DNA of 64,000 bases. Source: Malacoraja senta. Lineage: Eukaryota. The notes under the pieces were generated by a model. The model made no database searches. It was not told the DNA's origin and was given only the letters and a program-made list of their open reading frames with translations. This document shows, in pieces, positions 13,900 through 26,616 of this stretch. A program made the position numbers and the translations under genes. Positions within the stretch are counted from its first letter, which is position 1. Each line of letters starts with the position of its first letter. The stretch lies in NCBI GenBank assembly GCA_038087875.1, contig CM075994.1, forward strand, positions 5,210,001 to 5,274,000, given 5' to 3'.

Positions 13900-14410
13900 T
13901 GCGGATAATAAGTATAATATCAAACCACAGGGGAAATTCCTAATCACTTCTGAGTGAATAGGAGTATAATGTGCAAAACGAAATGGAGGAAACACACAAG
14001 TAATTGGATTTGCGTCTGCATAATTGCTACCAGCGAAATTGTTGGGTGGTGGGAATATGGAACAAGCTGCCAGAGGAGGTAGTAGAGGCTGGGACTATCT
14101 CATCGTTAAAGAAACAGTTAGACAGGTACATGGACATAACAAGTTTGGAGGGGTATGGACCGAGCGCACGCAAGTGTTGTTAGTACATTGTTGGCCGGTG
14201 CGGGCGAGTTGGCTCGAAGGTTCTGTTTCGACCCAGTATCTCTTTATGACTCTATCACTCTATGACTCTATATATTGTTTGCAACTGACTAATTATGGGT
14301 AATGAGCCCACGTTTGTGATGTCCCTATATGCATGCGTACACCTTTAACCAAATATATAGACATTTGGAGCGCTACGTGTTTATGATTTGTTGAGCCAAT
14401 TACTTAAAAC
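13900..14410 (+). pseudogene. Possible decayed Ser/Thr protein kinase, interrupted by a LINE tail at ~14050-14270
   Basis: Ordered remnants NIKPQGKFLI (~13916-13945, cf. DIKPxNIL), QVIGFASA (~13997-14020, cf. xIDFGSA) and PLTKYIDIWSATCL (~14342-14383, cf. DIWSxGC). Confidence 0.35.
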
Positions 14411-15559
14411 ACTGTTGACCTTGTATTGCGATAAATGTGCTCGAAAACTTGATCATGAGCAATTGATCATGATATATTAGCTATTCCTTCTAAGAATATA
14501 CTTTGCGAAATTGAAATATAGTAGAATGCTGATATATTTAGCGATATCAAATTACATAAATTATGTGAAGAATCGTGTGAGATTGTGGCCTTGCTAGAAA
14601 TATAGTTTCCGCCACCGATTGATCCCAATGGCTAAGCATCCCGCCATGTTCAGAAATTGACGGCATTTGGCGTTTTCTATTAAAAAGTATTTTCGAAATT
14701 TGAGAAAACATGAGATGTGGGTAAAATTGTACTTGGAAACAAAATTACGATCGTTAATATAAACCACGCAAAAATCAAGAGTAATTGGGATGGACAATAA
14801 TACTTGATCATGTCGTAACGTTTATAATGATGAAATATTCTGCCTACTGCAATGCTAATTTACAGTACGAAAGCTTCAGAGAATATTTGGAATACATCAT
14901 TCTAAGGAGAAAATATTCACGTTCTTGCCCAGAAAACCACATCTGAATAGTAAAACAATACTCTGGATGTACACCTAGTACCGGTCAAGCAACACGTGGA
15001 GGTACGTAATGTACTTTATTCGATTACACGTGAATAATATAAAGATGCTGAACTTTACCAAGTGATGACACCTGCGAGGTCACTTAGATAAGCTTAGATT
15101 TCCAAGAAATATCCGAAATTAATTTCCTGTCTGATGGGACACATTACCTCACGCCATTGTGGTACCAAAGAGGGTAGATAGTTTGACACATAATTACCTG
15201 TTATACTGAGAGGTAAAAATTATTACATGAATACATGATTCCATAATGCGAGCATGAGCTTCATCTTCAGGGAGAGAACAGAGCACCAAAGAGAGATAGA
15301 GCGACAGACTGAGCTTGGTGACAGCGGACAGAAGGCACAATATCGCAGAGGGGCCGGAGACCTGTCATTTTGTATTGTTACTTTATTGACAGTTGATAAA
15401 TTTGTCTATGCTTTCCTTGTATTTTACTTAAATAAATAATTGTTTGAGCTCTTCATCACGTGCTTTCTCCATTTATTGATCCGAAACCGTTTATCCTGCA
15501 TATATTTCGTTATACCGGTGGCTGATCCTGCATATATTTCGTTATACGTTGTTTCATGG

Positions 15560-17660
15560 CCTAATCATTATTTTTCACGTGTGCACTTTCACAGGTTATA
15601 GCACGTTAGGATCATATTAATGTTTCCTTTAATCTGAAATCATTACATTCGCTTCTTCATAAACATAAACATTTACCTTTGTCCTTCTCAGCTTCTGTTT
15701 ATTCAAAGCAAAAAAGATAATCACAACTTAACAGGCAATCAATTAGATCAAGGTACTGAAAATATATTTACCATCTATCAGATAAATCGCAACCTTTAAT
15801 TTGCAGTCATTGTGTTTCAAGGAATATCGTTCCATTTCTTCAAAACATATCAGTGTGTGCCAAAACGTTTATGCCAAAAAGCGTAACCCTTCATGGATAA
15901 AAATACTTACCAGTTGAATTGGGCAGCGGGACACATCGATATTTCTCATTCATTCCTTTGCAGATTACATTTACATCGCCATATTGTCCCGATCATCTGG
16001 ATATGTTTTTCGGGCAGATGTTTTCTCACCTAAATTGCTGCATTCTGTTTCTTTTTTCTTTAGTTCTAATACAAGGGTAAATTGTTATCTTTCAGCATAA
16101 ACGATTCCCAATTTGATAGATTCAACGACCTCTGTCTAAATAAATTCTTCCTTTCCAAAGATACATAATTTATTCTAGGCCTGTGCCTTCTGGTCCTAAA
16201 CTCTCCCATTAGTTGAACATCTTCTCCACGTCAATTCTGTCGAGGCCATTGAACATTTAATAACAGTTGTATGTTTCAACAGATACGCTTATTAAAAGAC
16301 TTATGTTAAACCCATTCACATATTTCACAGATATTTTCGTCATTGACTTAGAATGGCAGAACCCAATCACGCGCTGTTGACATACCATCAACCATACAAA
16401 TAATTCCCAGCATATGTGCTGGTGGAAGTACAGTATGTATTTCTTTATCGCTGCGGTAAGTGCAAATAAACATTGTTAGCGAAACAAGAAACTGCAGTTG
16501 CTGGTTTACAAAAAAAGGCATAAAGTGATTGAGTAACCAAGCGGGTCACGCAGTTTCACTGGAGAACATGGATAGGTGATGTTTCTGGTCCACATCATTC
16601 TTCGGTATGATTGTATGTGATGGGGGGAGAGAATACTGAAAGAGCGTAGTGAAGCGAAAAGCAAGGCAAGTAATAATTGTATACAGGTTAGGGCTGAATT
16701 GATTTACAGATGGTTAGACAATGGCCAGATATGTAAAGAGAAAATGTTTGAGAGAAAAATATTGTAGAGTTGCTCACTATTTGCTTACACGTTCAGTAGC
16801 TCGATTCGCTCAGACATCAGCAATTTTTAATTTCAGGACATGGGTGAAATAGTAGCAGACAAAAAGCAATCGTGTAACTTCACTCTTCCCTGCAGACTTC
16901 GGCAAAGTTAATTAAAGTAAAAAATTGAAAAAAATCGATCCCGCTGAAAGCCTTCAAAATAGCTTGAAAAGCGAGCAGATTTAGTTTTGAAAACACAATC
17001 TCATTTATTCAACACAAATCTTAATGTCTTGCATTCTGTTACTCGAATTGGAATTAATAGGCGGAGAAACCTCGTGGTAGTCCGATGTACAAAGTTGACG
17101 TGCATAGTTTATCTTAACTATCATTACACTATCTTTGGGAAACGGAGACATTAAACCATGACTGAATCTGCGGAGTTTCTGCATCGGGACAGAATTTCAG
17201 AAATGACTGAGAGGTGAGGCGGTAAAGGGGAACAACCAGGAGGGTAAATACCGATCGCTAATTTTGGTACGACAATAATTGAACAAGAGTTTATCTATAA
17301 CATTGACAATTTTGGTCAACGTATTTCACAAAGAGGGAATAAAACCCAAATATGGAGCAAGAAAGTATAAGGAGGTGGTTTACCAATGGTTGTCAGACAA
17401 AAAAGGAATGGGTTGTTGAAAATTAGTGGGAATTAGAGGTAAAGTTCTAGTACACTGAACCATGTCACGAAAAATAATATCTGCATTTTGCATGCATTAT
17501 TGATAATCCTGATCAAAATGCATTCAAGGCAAAGTTGCCTGTATCTGGCCCACATCACCATACACCCGATCACATCTAAAAAACTCTCCAAATTACAAGG
17601 GAAGAGAACAAATATTCTTCGCATCCCCACAGAGGGCGGTGACAGTGACCAAATTATTGT
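15560..17660 (-). pseudogene. Herpesvirus-type terminase large subunit, N-terminal ATPase exons (decayed; TE fragments at ~16085-16275 and ~16480-16775; putative intron 15695-15910)
   Basis: Minus strand in order: Q-motif region FEGFQRDRFFSIFYF (16914-16958; cf. UL15 LELFQKMILMHATYF), Walker A VYLHLPQR*RNTY (16433-16471; four single-base changes from LPRRQGKTY; cf. VPRRHGKTW), RVIGFCHSKSMT (cf. IKIGYTAHIRKAT), Walker B LRRTKVNVYVYEEANVM (15647-15691; cf. IRGQDFNLLFVDEANFI). Confidence 0.75.
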
Positions 17661-17699
17661 TCTCCTTTGGTTACATTACTTGAAAGGTATCCCGAGATT

Positions 17700-18620
17700 C
17701 TTTCGCAGACATGCTGAAAGTTTTCTAATTGGCACATACGCAGAACTCGTGCACTGCTTCCGTTCTCTTGTAGTTCCATAACTACTGTGAAAGATCTTCC
17801 GAGAACTAGGAGATTTCCCGAAAATATTGTGGTCTCCTTCTATTTGTTCACGATGATCGTCAAGCCGATTCGCAACGTTAAAATATAAGAAACGGTGGGT
17901 AAAATTGTCAAATTACAACAATAAAAATATTCTTCCTGATCGGTTCTAATGTGGGTTTAGGAGTAATCACGATATTAATTTTGGACCTGAGATTTAAATT
18001 TAGAACTGTGAAAAAAATCCTGCAATGCTACGTTTGGTCACCGGAACAGCAACGGAATGCAAGTGCTGTTTCGGCACATTGCTCCACATTCTGTGACAGT
18101 AGAATGATATGCTGTGTGACGAAACTTCAACGCGTTGTTTGATATCCTGCAATGCAAAAGCCTTAGCGAACAGACAATAGATTTGGCATTAGTCCTATCT
18201 TCCAATGCATTGTCCCAAGCAGCAAAATTCCAAACACTCATTACAGCAACTTTTCAAACAAAGCATTTACTTATCATTTACCTTTAGTTTTTTCATCAAA
18301 TTTTTCGGCTGTTGTAAAATTGCAAAGTAAATTCTTGAAGCTTTTGTACATATGTATTGATACCTAATATCGACGTTCCTCATTAAAAAAAAAGCAGAAA
18401 TGTAATACGGTGAACATGAGCCAGGCACTACTCGAAAGCTAGTGAAAGCGCAATGTTTTATATTGTAGCAAATACTTCATCTACGTTCTTCAACGCCTGT
18501 ATTTCTGGATTATGAAGCCAATGATGACAGGAATGAAAATCACAGCAAAGGCTGAACAATTCAGTCTCAATTACGAATAAATTGTTCGTGAACTTGAACA
18601 CTGCCATTAAAATGTAGACT
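17700..18620 (-). pseudogene. Decayed ORF remnant upstream of the terminase, unidentified
   Basis: Minus frame VFKFTNNLFVIETELFSLCCDFHSCHHWLHNPEIQALKNVDEVFATI and further open stretches. Confidence 0.35.
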
Positions 18621-19073
18621 AAACATCTCACAGACTATGTATAATTAACTATATTACAAATGCAATACCTCACACTCACACCATCTGACTCCATTGCGCA
18701 TGTTCCGCACAGATGTGCAGAACGCTGGAGGTCAGATGCTTCAAATCGTATCTCTTAATATCACACACGCTAGGACGGGCTCACAGGTAGACATACTCGT
18801 TCGACCTCAGTCACAAAATAATATATTCAAGGTACATCTTAATACTTATTTATATTTACTTAGATTAGTTTCTTATATCTAATGAGATCAAAATACTGTG
18901 CGTTGTAAATATTTTCTTAAACACTCAATATTATTTAGCACTTGCCAGAATAGCCGAGATACTATTTAAGAAAAGAAGAAGTAGCGGACAGCAGCATAGG
19001 TTGTTAACATGCACAAAAGTTATCAATAAGGTTCGACGTACATCCACGTTTAGCACTCTAACATTATAGTATT

Positions 19074-19291
19074 TGTTGTATCTGAGAGGCTGTTGCCTCG
19101 TGGGCTCGGTTGAGCTTCTGCTGAGGTGGCAGGACACTGGCAGGAAGAGAAAGGAAGAGCAAGAGAAAGAGAAAGAGAGAGGGAATGTCAGTTTTTATAT
19201 ACAAGGGCACATCCCTGTATCCCGTGATTCCATCACGTGACTGCCGAGGATCCGCACGTCAAGAGTGACCTAACCACTAGGTGCCGCTACA
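19074..19291 (-). mobile_element. Probable solo LTR
   Basis: Minus strand starts TGTAGCGGCACC, has a TATATAAAA box, ends TACAACA, and differs in composition from its flanks. TSD is not convincing. Confidence 0.5.
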
Positions 19292-20580
19292 ACTTCAATA
19301 ATACGAAGAATGCGAAAATGTAATCTTAAGGACACGGTATCATGGAATGCAAGGTGTGGATTCGGCACGTGGCGCAGCGGTACAGTTGCTGCCTTACAAC
19401 GCTAGTGACCCAAGTTAGATCCTGACTACGAGTTGTGTCTGTGCAGGTTTTGTACGTTCTCTCACTAAAACATTGGACAGCGTGGCCCCAAAAAATACGA
19501 AGAAAATGTAAGCGTGTCAAATCTGGCAGTTACATTCGCCCTTAAAATAGCGGGGAAAGTAAGAGAGCGCAGGTATTTGGACTGTTGAGAGCCATTCAGT
19601 AAAAGAGCTTAAGATTGTAAACATTCTTCTAGCGAAGGAAAAGGTATTGCAATTAACATCGAGCGCGATTCATCTCATTATGTACCAAATTATAACCAAC
19701 TAGACGTGTAATGACCAATTGCTTGGAAGAGGCAGATTCTATTATTTTCATATGGTGCAACAAAATACAGATAATTTATTTTTCCTACTCTCTGCTGCCA
19801 AGTCGTCCTTCAGTTTTTTGATTTCTGGGAATAGAGAAGTTAAGTATTTTACATTAGTTTGAGTGTAATCTTTTCTCGTCAAGGTAGCAATAGATGTCAT
19901 GCAGACGCATTCATTGAGGTGCCGCGTTTTTGCCGGTATCCACTTGAACCTGTGGATGGCAGATTTCAGCATTGATGTACCAGGCAATCGTATTTTGACG
20001 CATATGCTGATAGCATTTATTTCGGTGCAATACATTTTAAAGGTTTATATGCTACATACGATTTTATCTTTCCTGATTATAATGAATCAAAACGCATTTA
20101 ACGATGGTCCACAAGGACGATGTGCAAATCTAATTTGATGTTCTCACACTTAATTTTCACTGACTTTGAAACCGGGAATATTATCTCAGATGCCGTTGAC
20201 TCATCTTCCATCATGATAATGGTCCATCAGCCGCAAAAAAACCAAAAACGTCCTCTGTCTCGCAGCATCCGTTTTGCCCATATATCTGCATCAAGCGTGC
20301 TTTTTTAAAAACAAATTTACGTCTCCATCGATCCATTGATTCCTCTATCTACCATTGATTTCTGCTGCTACCAAAGTAAATTTAGACAAGTCATAGAGTC
20401 ATAGTCATAAATTGATACGGTGTGGAAATAGGCCCTTCATCCCAACTTATCAAAACCGGCCAAAATTGTGGCAGTTACACTACTGCCACCTGCCCGCGTT
20501 TGGTCCAATCCCTCCAAACCTGTCCTATCCATGTATCTGCCTAACTGTTTCTTAAATGATGGGATAGTCCCAGCCTCATA

Positions 20581-22173
20581 CAGTCCATTCAGAAAGTATT
20601 CAGACCCTTTCACCTTTTCCACAGTTTGTTACGTTCAGCCTTAATCTACAATGGGTTCAATTATGTTTTTTATCATCAATCTACACACAATATCTCATAA
20701 TAAAAAAGCGAAAACAGGTGTTTACAACTTTTTGCAAAGTAATTAAAAAATAAATAACTGAAATATCACGTTTCCATAAGTATTCATACACTTTGCTATG
20801 ACACTCAAATTTGAGCTTCCGTGCATCCTGTTTCCATATATTATGCTTGAGATGTTTCTACAACTCGGAGTCCACAAGTGGTAAATTAAATTGATTGTAC
20901 ATGATTTGGAAAGGCACACAACTATCGTTATAAGGTCCCGCTGTTGACAGTGCATGTCAGAGGAAACGCAAGCCACGAGGATGAAGGAATTGTCCGTAGA
21001 CCTCGAGACAGGTTTGCTTCGAGACACGGATTTGGGAAAGGATAAAAATACAATTTCTACAGCATTGCAGATCGCGAGGAGCACAGTGGCCTCCATCATT
21101 CTTCAAAAGAAGATATTTGAGAAGAGGAGGACTCTTCATAGAGCTGGACGCCCGTACAAACTGAGCAATCGGTAGAGAAAAGCCTTGGTCATGGTGGTAC
21201 TCAAGCAGACGCTCGTCACACTTGCAGAGCTCCAGAGTTCCAGAGAGGAAATGGGCGAAACTTCTAGAAGGACAACTATATCTGTAACACTCCACCAATC
21301 AGACCTTTATGGTAGAATGGCCAAATGGAAGACACTCCTCATTAATGGCACATGACAGCTCGCTTGGAATTTGTGAAAAAGGCAACTTAACAAGATTCTC
21401 TTGTCTGATGAAACCAAGATGGAACACTGGCCTGAATGTCAAGTGTCATATGTGCAGGAAACCAGACAGCGATCATCACCTGGCCAATACCATGCCTACC
21501 ATGAAGCATGGTGGTGGGAGCATCGTGCTGTGGGCATGTTTTGTCAGCGGCAGGAACTGGGAGACTATTTAGCATCAAGGGAAAATAAACGGAGCAATGT
21601 ACAGATAAATATTTGATGCTGAAAAGAGTTCAGGAACTCAGACTGGGGCAGAGGTTCACCTTCCAACAGGACAAAGAACCTAAGCACACAGTCAATCCAA
21701 CGCTGTAGTGGCTTCGTGAGAAGTCTGTGAACGTCCTTGAGTGGCCCAGCCAGAGCCCGGAGTTGAACCCAATCAAACATCTCTGGAGCGACCTGAAAAA
21801 ACGCTGTGCAACGACGCTCCCCATCCCACCTGACAGAGCTTGAGAGGATCTGCATAGAAGAATGGGAGAAATTACCCAAATACATGTGTGCCAATTTTGT
21901 GGCGTCATACCCAAGACGGTTTGAGGCTGTAATCGCTGCCAAAGTCGCCTCCACAAACTACTGAGTAATGGGTCTGAATACTTATGTACATCTGATATTT
22001 CAGTGATTAGTTGTTTTTACTTTGCAAAAAATTCCAAACACATGTTTTCGCTTTTTTTATTGTGGGGTATTGTGTTTGGATTGATGATTTAAATAAATAA
22101 ATTTTAGAATAAGACTGTAACGTAACAAAATGTGGAACAAGTGAAGGGGGCTGAATACTTTCTGAATGCACTG
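20581..22173 (+). mobile_element. Tc1-like DNA transposon with pseudogenised transposase
   Basis: TIRs CAGT(C/G)CATTCAGAAAGTATTCAG... of ~200 bp and TA TSD. Motifs [22 protein letters not shown] and [15 protein letters not shown]. Confidence 0.95.
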
Positions 22174-22456
22174 TACTCCTCTGGCAGCTTGTTATATACC
22201 ACCACAACCATTGGCTGAAAAAGTTACCCCTCAGATCTCCTAGTAAATATTTCCCCCTTCACCTTAAACCTTTGTGTTCTGGCCCTCGATTATCCTCCAC
22301 TGGGTAAGAGACACTGTGCATCACCCGCTGTGTTCCTCTCGAAATATTTACAGTTGCTGCAGCCTATTATTCTACCAATCAACGCATTTTGGAGTGTGTG
22401 AGGGAGTCGATGCTCCGGATGTAAGGAAGTTTCACGGTTTCACGATGAACTTCAAA

Positions 22457-23520
22457 CAATAGACAATAGACAATAGACAATAGGTGCAGGAGTAGGCCAT
22501 TCGGCCCTTCGAGCAAGCACCGCATTCAATATGATCATGGCTGATCATCCCCAATCAGCACCCCGTTCCTGCCTTCTCCCCATATCCCCTAACTCCACTA
22601 TTTTAAGAGCCCTATCTAGCTATCTCTTGAAAGCACCCAGAGAACCTGCCTCCACCGCCCTCTGAGGCAGAGAATTCCACAGACTCACCACTCTCTGTGA
22701 GAAAAAGTGTTTCCTCGTCTCCGTTCTAAATGGCTTACTCCTTATTCTTAAATTGTGGCCCCTGGTTTTGGACACCCCCAACATCAACAAGATGTTTCCT
22801 GCCCCTAGCGTATCCAAACCTTAACAATCTTATATGTTTCAATGAGATATCCCCTCATCCTTCTAAACTCCAGAATGTACAAGCCCTGCTGCTCCATTCT
22901 CTCAGCATATGACAGTCCCGCCATCCCGGGAAGTAGCCTTGAAACCTACGCTGTACACCCTCAATAGCAAGAATATCCTTCCTCAAATTAGGGGACCAAA
23001 ACAGCACACAATACACCATGTGTGGTCTCACTAGGACTCTGTACAACTGCAGAAGGAACTCAATGCTCCTATATTCGATGCCTCTTGTTATAAAGGTCAA
23101 AATGCCATTCGCTTTCTTCACTGTCTGCTGAACCTGCATGTTTACTTTCAGAGACTGATGACCAAGGACCCCAGATCGTTGTACTTCCCCTTTTCCCAAC
23201 GTGACGCCATTTAGATAGTAATCTGCCTTCCTGTTTTTCCTACCAAAGTGGATAACCTCACATTTATCCGCATTAAACTTCATCTGCCATGCATCTGCCC
23301 ACTCCCCCAACCTGTCCAAGTCACCCTGCCTTCTCATATCATCCCCCTCACAGTTCACACTGCCACCCAGCTTTGTGTCATCTGCAAATTTGCTAATGTT
23401 ATTTTGAATCCTTTCATCCAAATCATTGATGTATATTGTAAACAGCTGCGGTCCCAGCACCGAGCATTGCGGTACCCCACTATTCACTGCCTGTCATTCT
23501 GAAAGGGACCCGTTAATCCC
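22457..23520 (-). mobile_element. CR1 LINE 3' fragment (RT)
   Basis: ORF 22855..23487(-) contains GVPQCSVLGP and KFADDTKL. Inverted (CAATAGA)n tail. Confidence 0.92.
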
Positions 23521-24002
23521 AGATGGTTAAAACAGATGGTAGCTAAAGAGCTGCCTGTGTTTGAAAAGCCAGCGTAAGGACTGGATTAGCATCTCTATCG
23601 GGAGCGAAGGAACAGGCCTTGAATTTTGTACAGGAAGGAATACAGATGCCGGATAAAAACCAAAAAATAGACACAAAATGTTGGAGGAACGGCGGGACAT
23701 GCAGCATCTCTGGACAGAAGGAATGGGTGTCGTTTTGGAACAAGACCCTGCTTCAGACCCTGGATTTCACGAGACTATCGAATTCGCAAACAACACATAC
23801 GGACGTGGAAATAGCATTACATATTCGGCTGGGCAGTGAACATTGTTTTCCATCATTGGGCTTATTGTTTTAGGCGAATATTTCACCATTAGGCGAAGTG
23901 TGACTTAGATGCTTTCTTGACTCGGCTTATTCTTCCTGTCCTTCTTATGGTGGAATTCATCATGGAGCGACCGCATACATGCTGGGAAGGAGTCCCGTAT
24001 TT

Positions 24003-24320
24003 ACGGCACGGTTGCGTAGCGGTAGATTTACTGCCTCACAGCGCTTGTAGCGCCAGAGACCAGGGTTCTTTCTCGACTACGAGTGCAGTCTGTAGGGATT
24101 TCGTACGTTTTCCCCGTGATCGGCGTTGGTTTTCTCCGAAATCATCTAATTCCTCCCACGAACTAAAGACCTAGTGGCTTGTAGGTTAATTGGGTTTGTA
24201 TACGTGGTATAAGTATATATTGCCTCTAGTATGTGTAGGAATTTGTTAATGTACGGGGTTCGCTGGACAGTGCGGATTCGGTGTCCCGAAGGGACAGTTT
24301 CCGTTCTGTATCTTTACTCT
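24003..24320 (+). mobile_element. tRNA-derived SINE (V-SINE/HE1-like); duplicate at ~31303-31610, truncated copies at ~19362-19465 and ~26772-26865
   Basis: tRNA-like head CGGCACGGTTGCGTAGCGGTAG...GACCAGGGTTC and body GTAGGTTAATTGG. Confidence 0.75.
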
Positions 24321-25570
24321 AACATAAAAATGCCTCAGGGGTGGAATCTGAAGAAGGGTCTTGACCCGAAACGTCACCCATTCATTCTTTATAGAGATGC
24401 TGCCTGTCCCGCTCAGTTACCCCAGCATTTTGTGTCTACGTTATAAAAAATGCCATCGCTTGCATTTGTAAGAACATAATAATATGACTTGGAATCCGGT
24501 ATAAAGGGGAATCTCAATTCGCACATTAAAATATTGAACCCAGTTTCATTTCCGTTTGTGTGAATATACGAATTTAGATGAGGGAATGGGATTCTTCGCC
24601 TCTCAAGTGTGCGCGACTGTTTAATAATATCATAGTTGTTACGCTTATTCAGTGCAGTGCAAGAGGAACCTGGTCCGCATGAGAACCTTTGATTAGTTCG
24701 TTATATTATTTCTAGATTTGTGATTTTATATTTTTTCATGAAAAGTCCCGATGAACCATCGGCAATTTTTTTGCATGCACAAAAAATAACTAAGTGGTTT
24801 TCCCTTGTCTGTTTATTCTTACACTCCAATAAACTCGATTCAGCAATCAATGGTTGTAACTCATCCTGTCCCAAACACAGTTTTCTTTTGACTATTCTGG
24901 ATGACCTTTTTCGAATCACATTTATTTTTAATGGTGGTTCTTCGGTCTGTTCTTTTCTTCGGATGGAAGTCTCTTTCGCATTTCGCTCTACCAACGCTTT
25001 CATCTCCGATTCAAAAGCGTGAGTAACATAACAACATAATACATCGATTATTCTGTAAATGAGAGCTATTTATACAACATCTGGGATGGGCCGTTCATGA
25101 ATCCGTCACGCTCTTAGCCATCTGTACCTCTGAACTGCAACTCGCACTACAGCACATGAATGAATGCCATCTATTTCAACCTGAATGTCTGTACCTGTGC
25201 ATATATCAGCTACTGCATACTTATGCATTCCGTACGTTTCAAAAACCTCCATACATTCGGAAATAATATTATTTCAAAAACGAAACTCTAACCTTTATCT
25301 TTCGTTTCCTCTGTTTAGTTCGCGTAAAAATAATAACATTCATATTACAGAAGTCTCTGTGGGAAGGTGTTGAACAGTTCTTCTTTTTATCAAGTTTTAA
25401 TGTCCAACAATATTAAAATTGTGTTGATTTCAATTTGACAGGCATGTTAACATCATTAATATCTGACAGATATCTTAAATAAATAAGGATATAAAACTTT
25501 TCAAAAGGTCGTCTTCAATGTTTTATTTGCAATGCTACGTTAATGTAAGGTATGCGTGCCGATCCTATTA

Positions 25571-26616
25571 GTAGGTATGTTACAAAACTTACCTTCAGTC
25601 GCGCTGTAATTCTGCCACTGGCCGTGTGCGCGATTTTGGCGCCTTTAAGGGGGGGGGGCGCGGTTAAAACGCGGTTTCTCCTCCCTTGTCCTGGTTAATA
25701 TTTTGTTGGAGTACAAGCGTTGGCTGAAAAATCGTTCCTAGTGGCGATTTGTGTGTTTCTTATTTTTATTAAATCGTCAATGTCAGCGCTAGAGTAATTT
25801 TAAAAGCAGCTCCTGAAGCGTCAACGCCGATAACGGGGACGGATTTCACAAAAGGGACAGGTGAACGAAAGTGGTTTCTTTAAATGTATAAAAGTGCTTC
25901 TTAAGAAGCCTTTAATTCACATTTGTTCATGCGACACGGTGATTTTATTCCCCGAATTAACGGCAGTATTTTTCATGCCAATACGGGGTTAAATTCACCG
26001 CAAATGAACGTTCCAAAAGATCGCGTTCCAGAAATCCTCACTCACAAGATGATTTAAATCTCCATTAATTTACAGGTATTAAACATTCAATTCCTTCCAT
26101 TTGGCCTGTAAATTCATGAAAATGAGATTTAAAAATTATGTTATATTGTGAATTATTGTGTGAATGTTATTTGGACACTTAGGCTATTTAAAAATGTTAA
26201 TCTATTCTTAAGAAATTGATAGATGTTTAGATCTAGTAATTGAATTTTGTAATTAGCTACAATTAGGTAACTAACTAATTATATGCTTTACTTTCATGTC
26301 TTCTAATTAAGATTGTTTCATATTTGTTTCAGAATGCTTCAATCTATAATAACTGAAACATTTCTTTCAGTTATCTTAATTTTTAAGAAAGTTATGGGCT
26401 TTTGACTGTCCTCGATCACAGCTTTTGTGTTAAGTCAATGGAAAAGCAATAGGGAACAATATGCTAACTTAAGAGTATGAAAATGGCCATAATTTCTTTA
26501 ATACTGAAGATATGAAAGTGAATTATGTGTCAAATTAAACTTCTTTTTATGCTTTATCTGATGGGATAAATTGCAGACTTTATTTTTAAAATCTCAAAAT
26601 GTTGTAACATTGCTAC
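25571..26616. mobile_element. Non-autonomous TIR DNA transposon (MITE-like), superfamily unassigned
   Basis: Imperfect TIRs GTAGGTATGTTACAA / TTGTAACATTGCTAC. TATTA on both flanks (25566-25570, 26617-26621). No coding capacity. Confidence 0.7.

Larger units (their letters stand above)
19296..24952 (+). repeat. Local segmental duplication, copy 1 (~5.6 kb)
   Basis: Collinear with 26692-32108 plus 40772-40903, sharing the same Tc1, CR1 and SINE insertions. Confidence 0.95.

Noticed and set aside
15255..15547. Possible solo LTR (15255-15459) and a 32-bp-period direct repeat (~15494-15547)
   Set aside because: No clear TSD or second copy for the LTR; the repeat is a trivial local duplication.
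18490..18545. HHWLHNPEI resembling the mononegaviral L-protein HWGHP motif
   Set aside because: A single loose match with no other RdRp motifs; the context points to a DNA virus.
24003..24090. tRNA-like sequence
   Set aside because: It is a SINE head, degenerate and continuous with the SINE body.
24701..25003. 100-aa ORF as a host exon
   Set aside because: No recognisable host protein or splice context, and its duplicate is disrupted by the L1. Kept only as part of the putative viral backbone.
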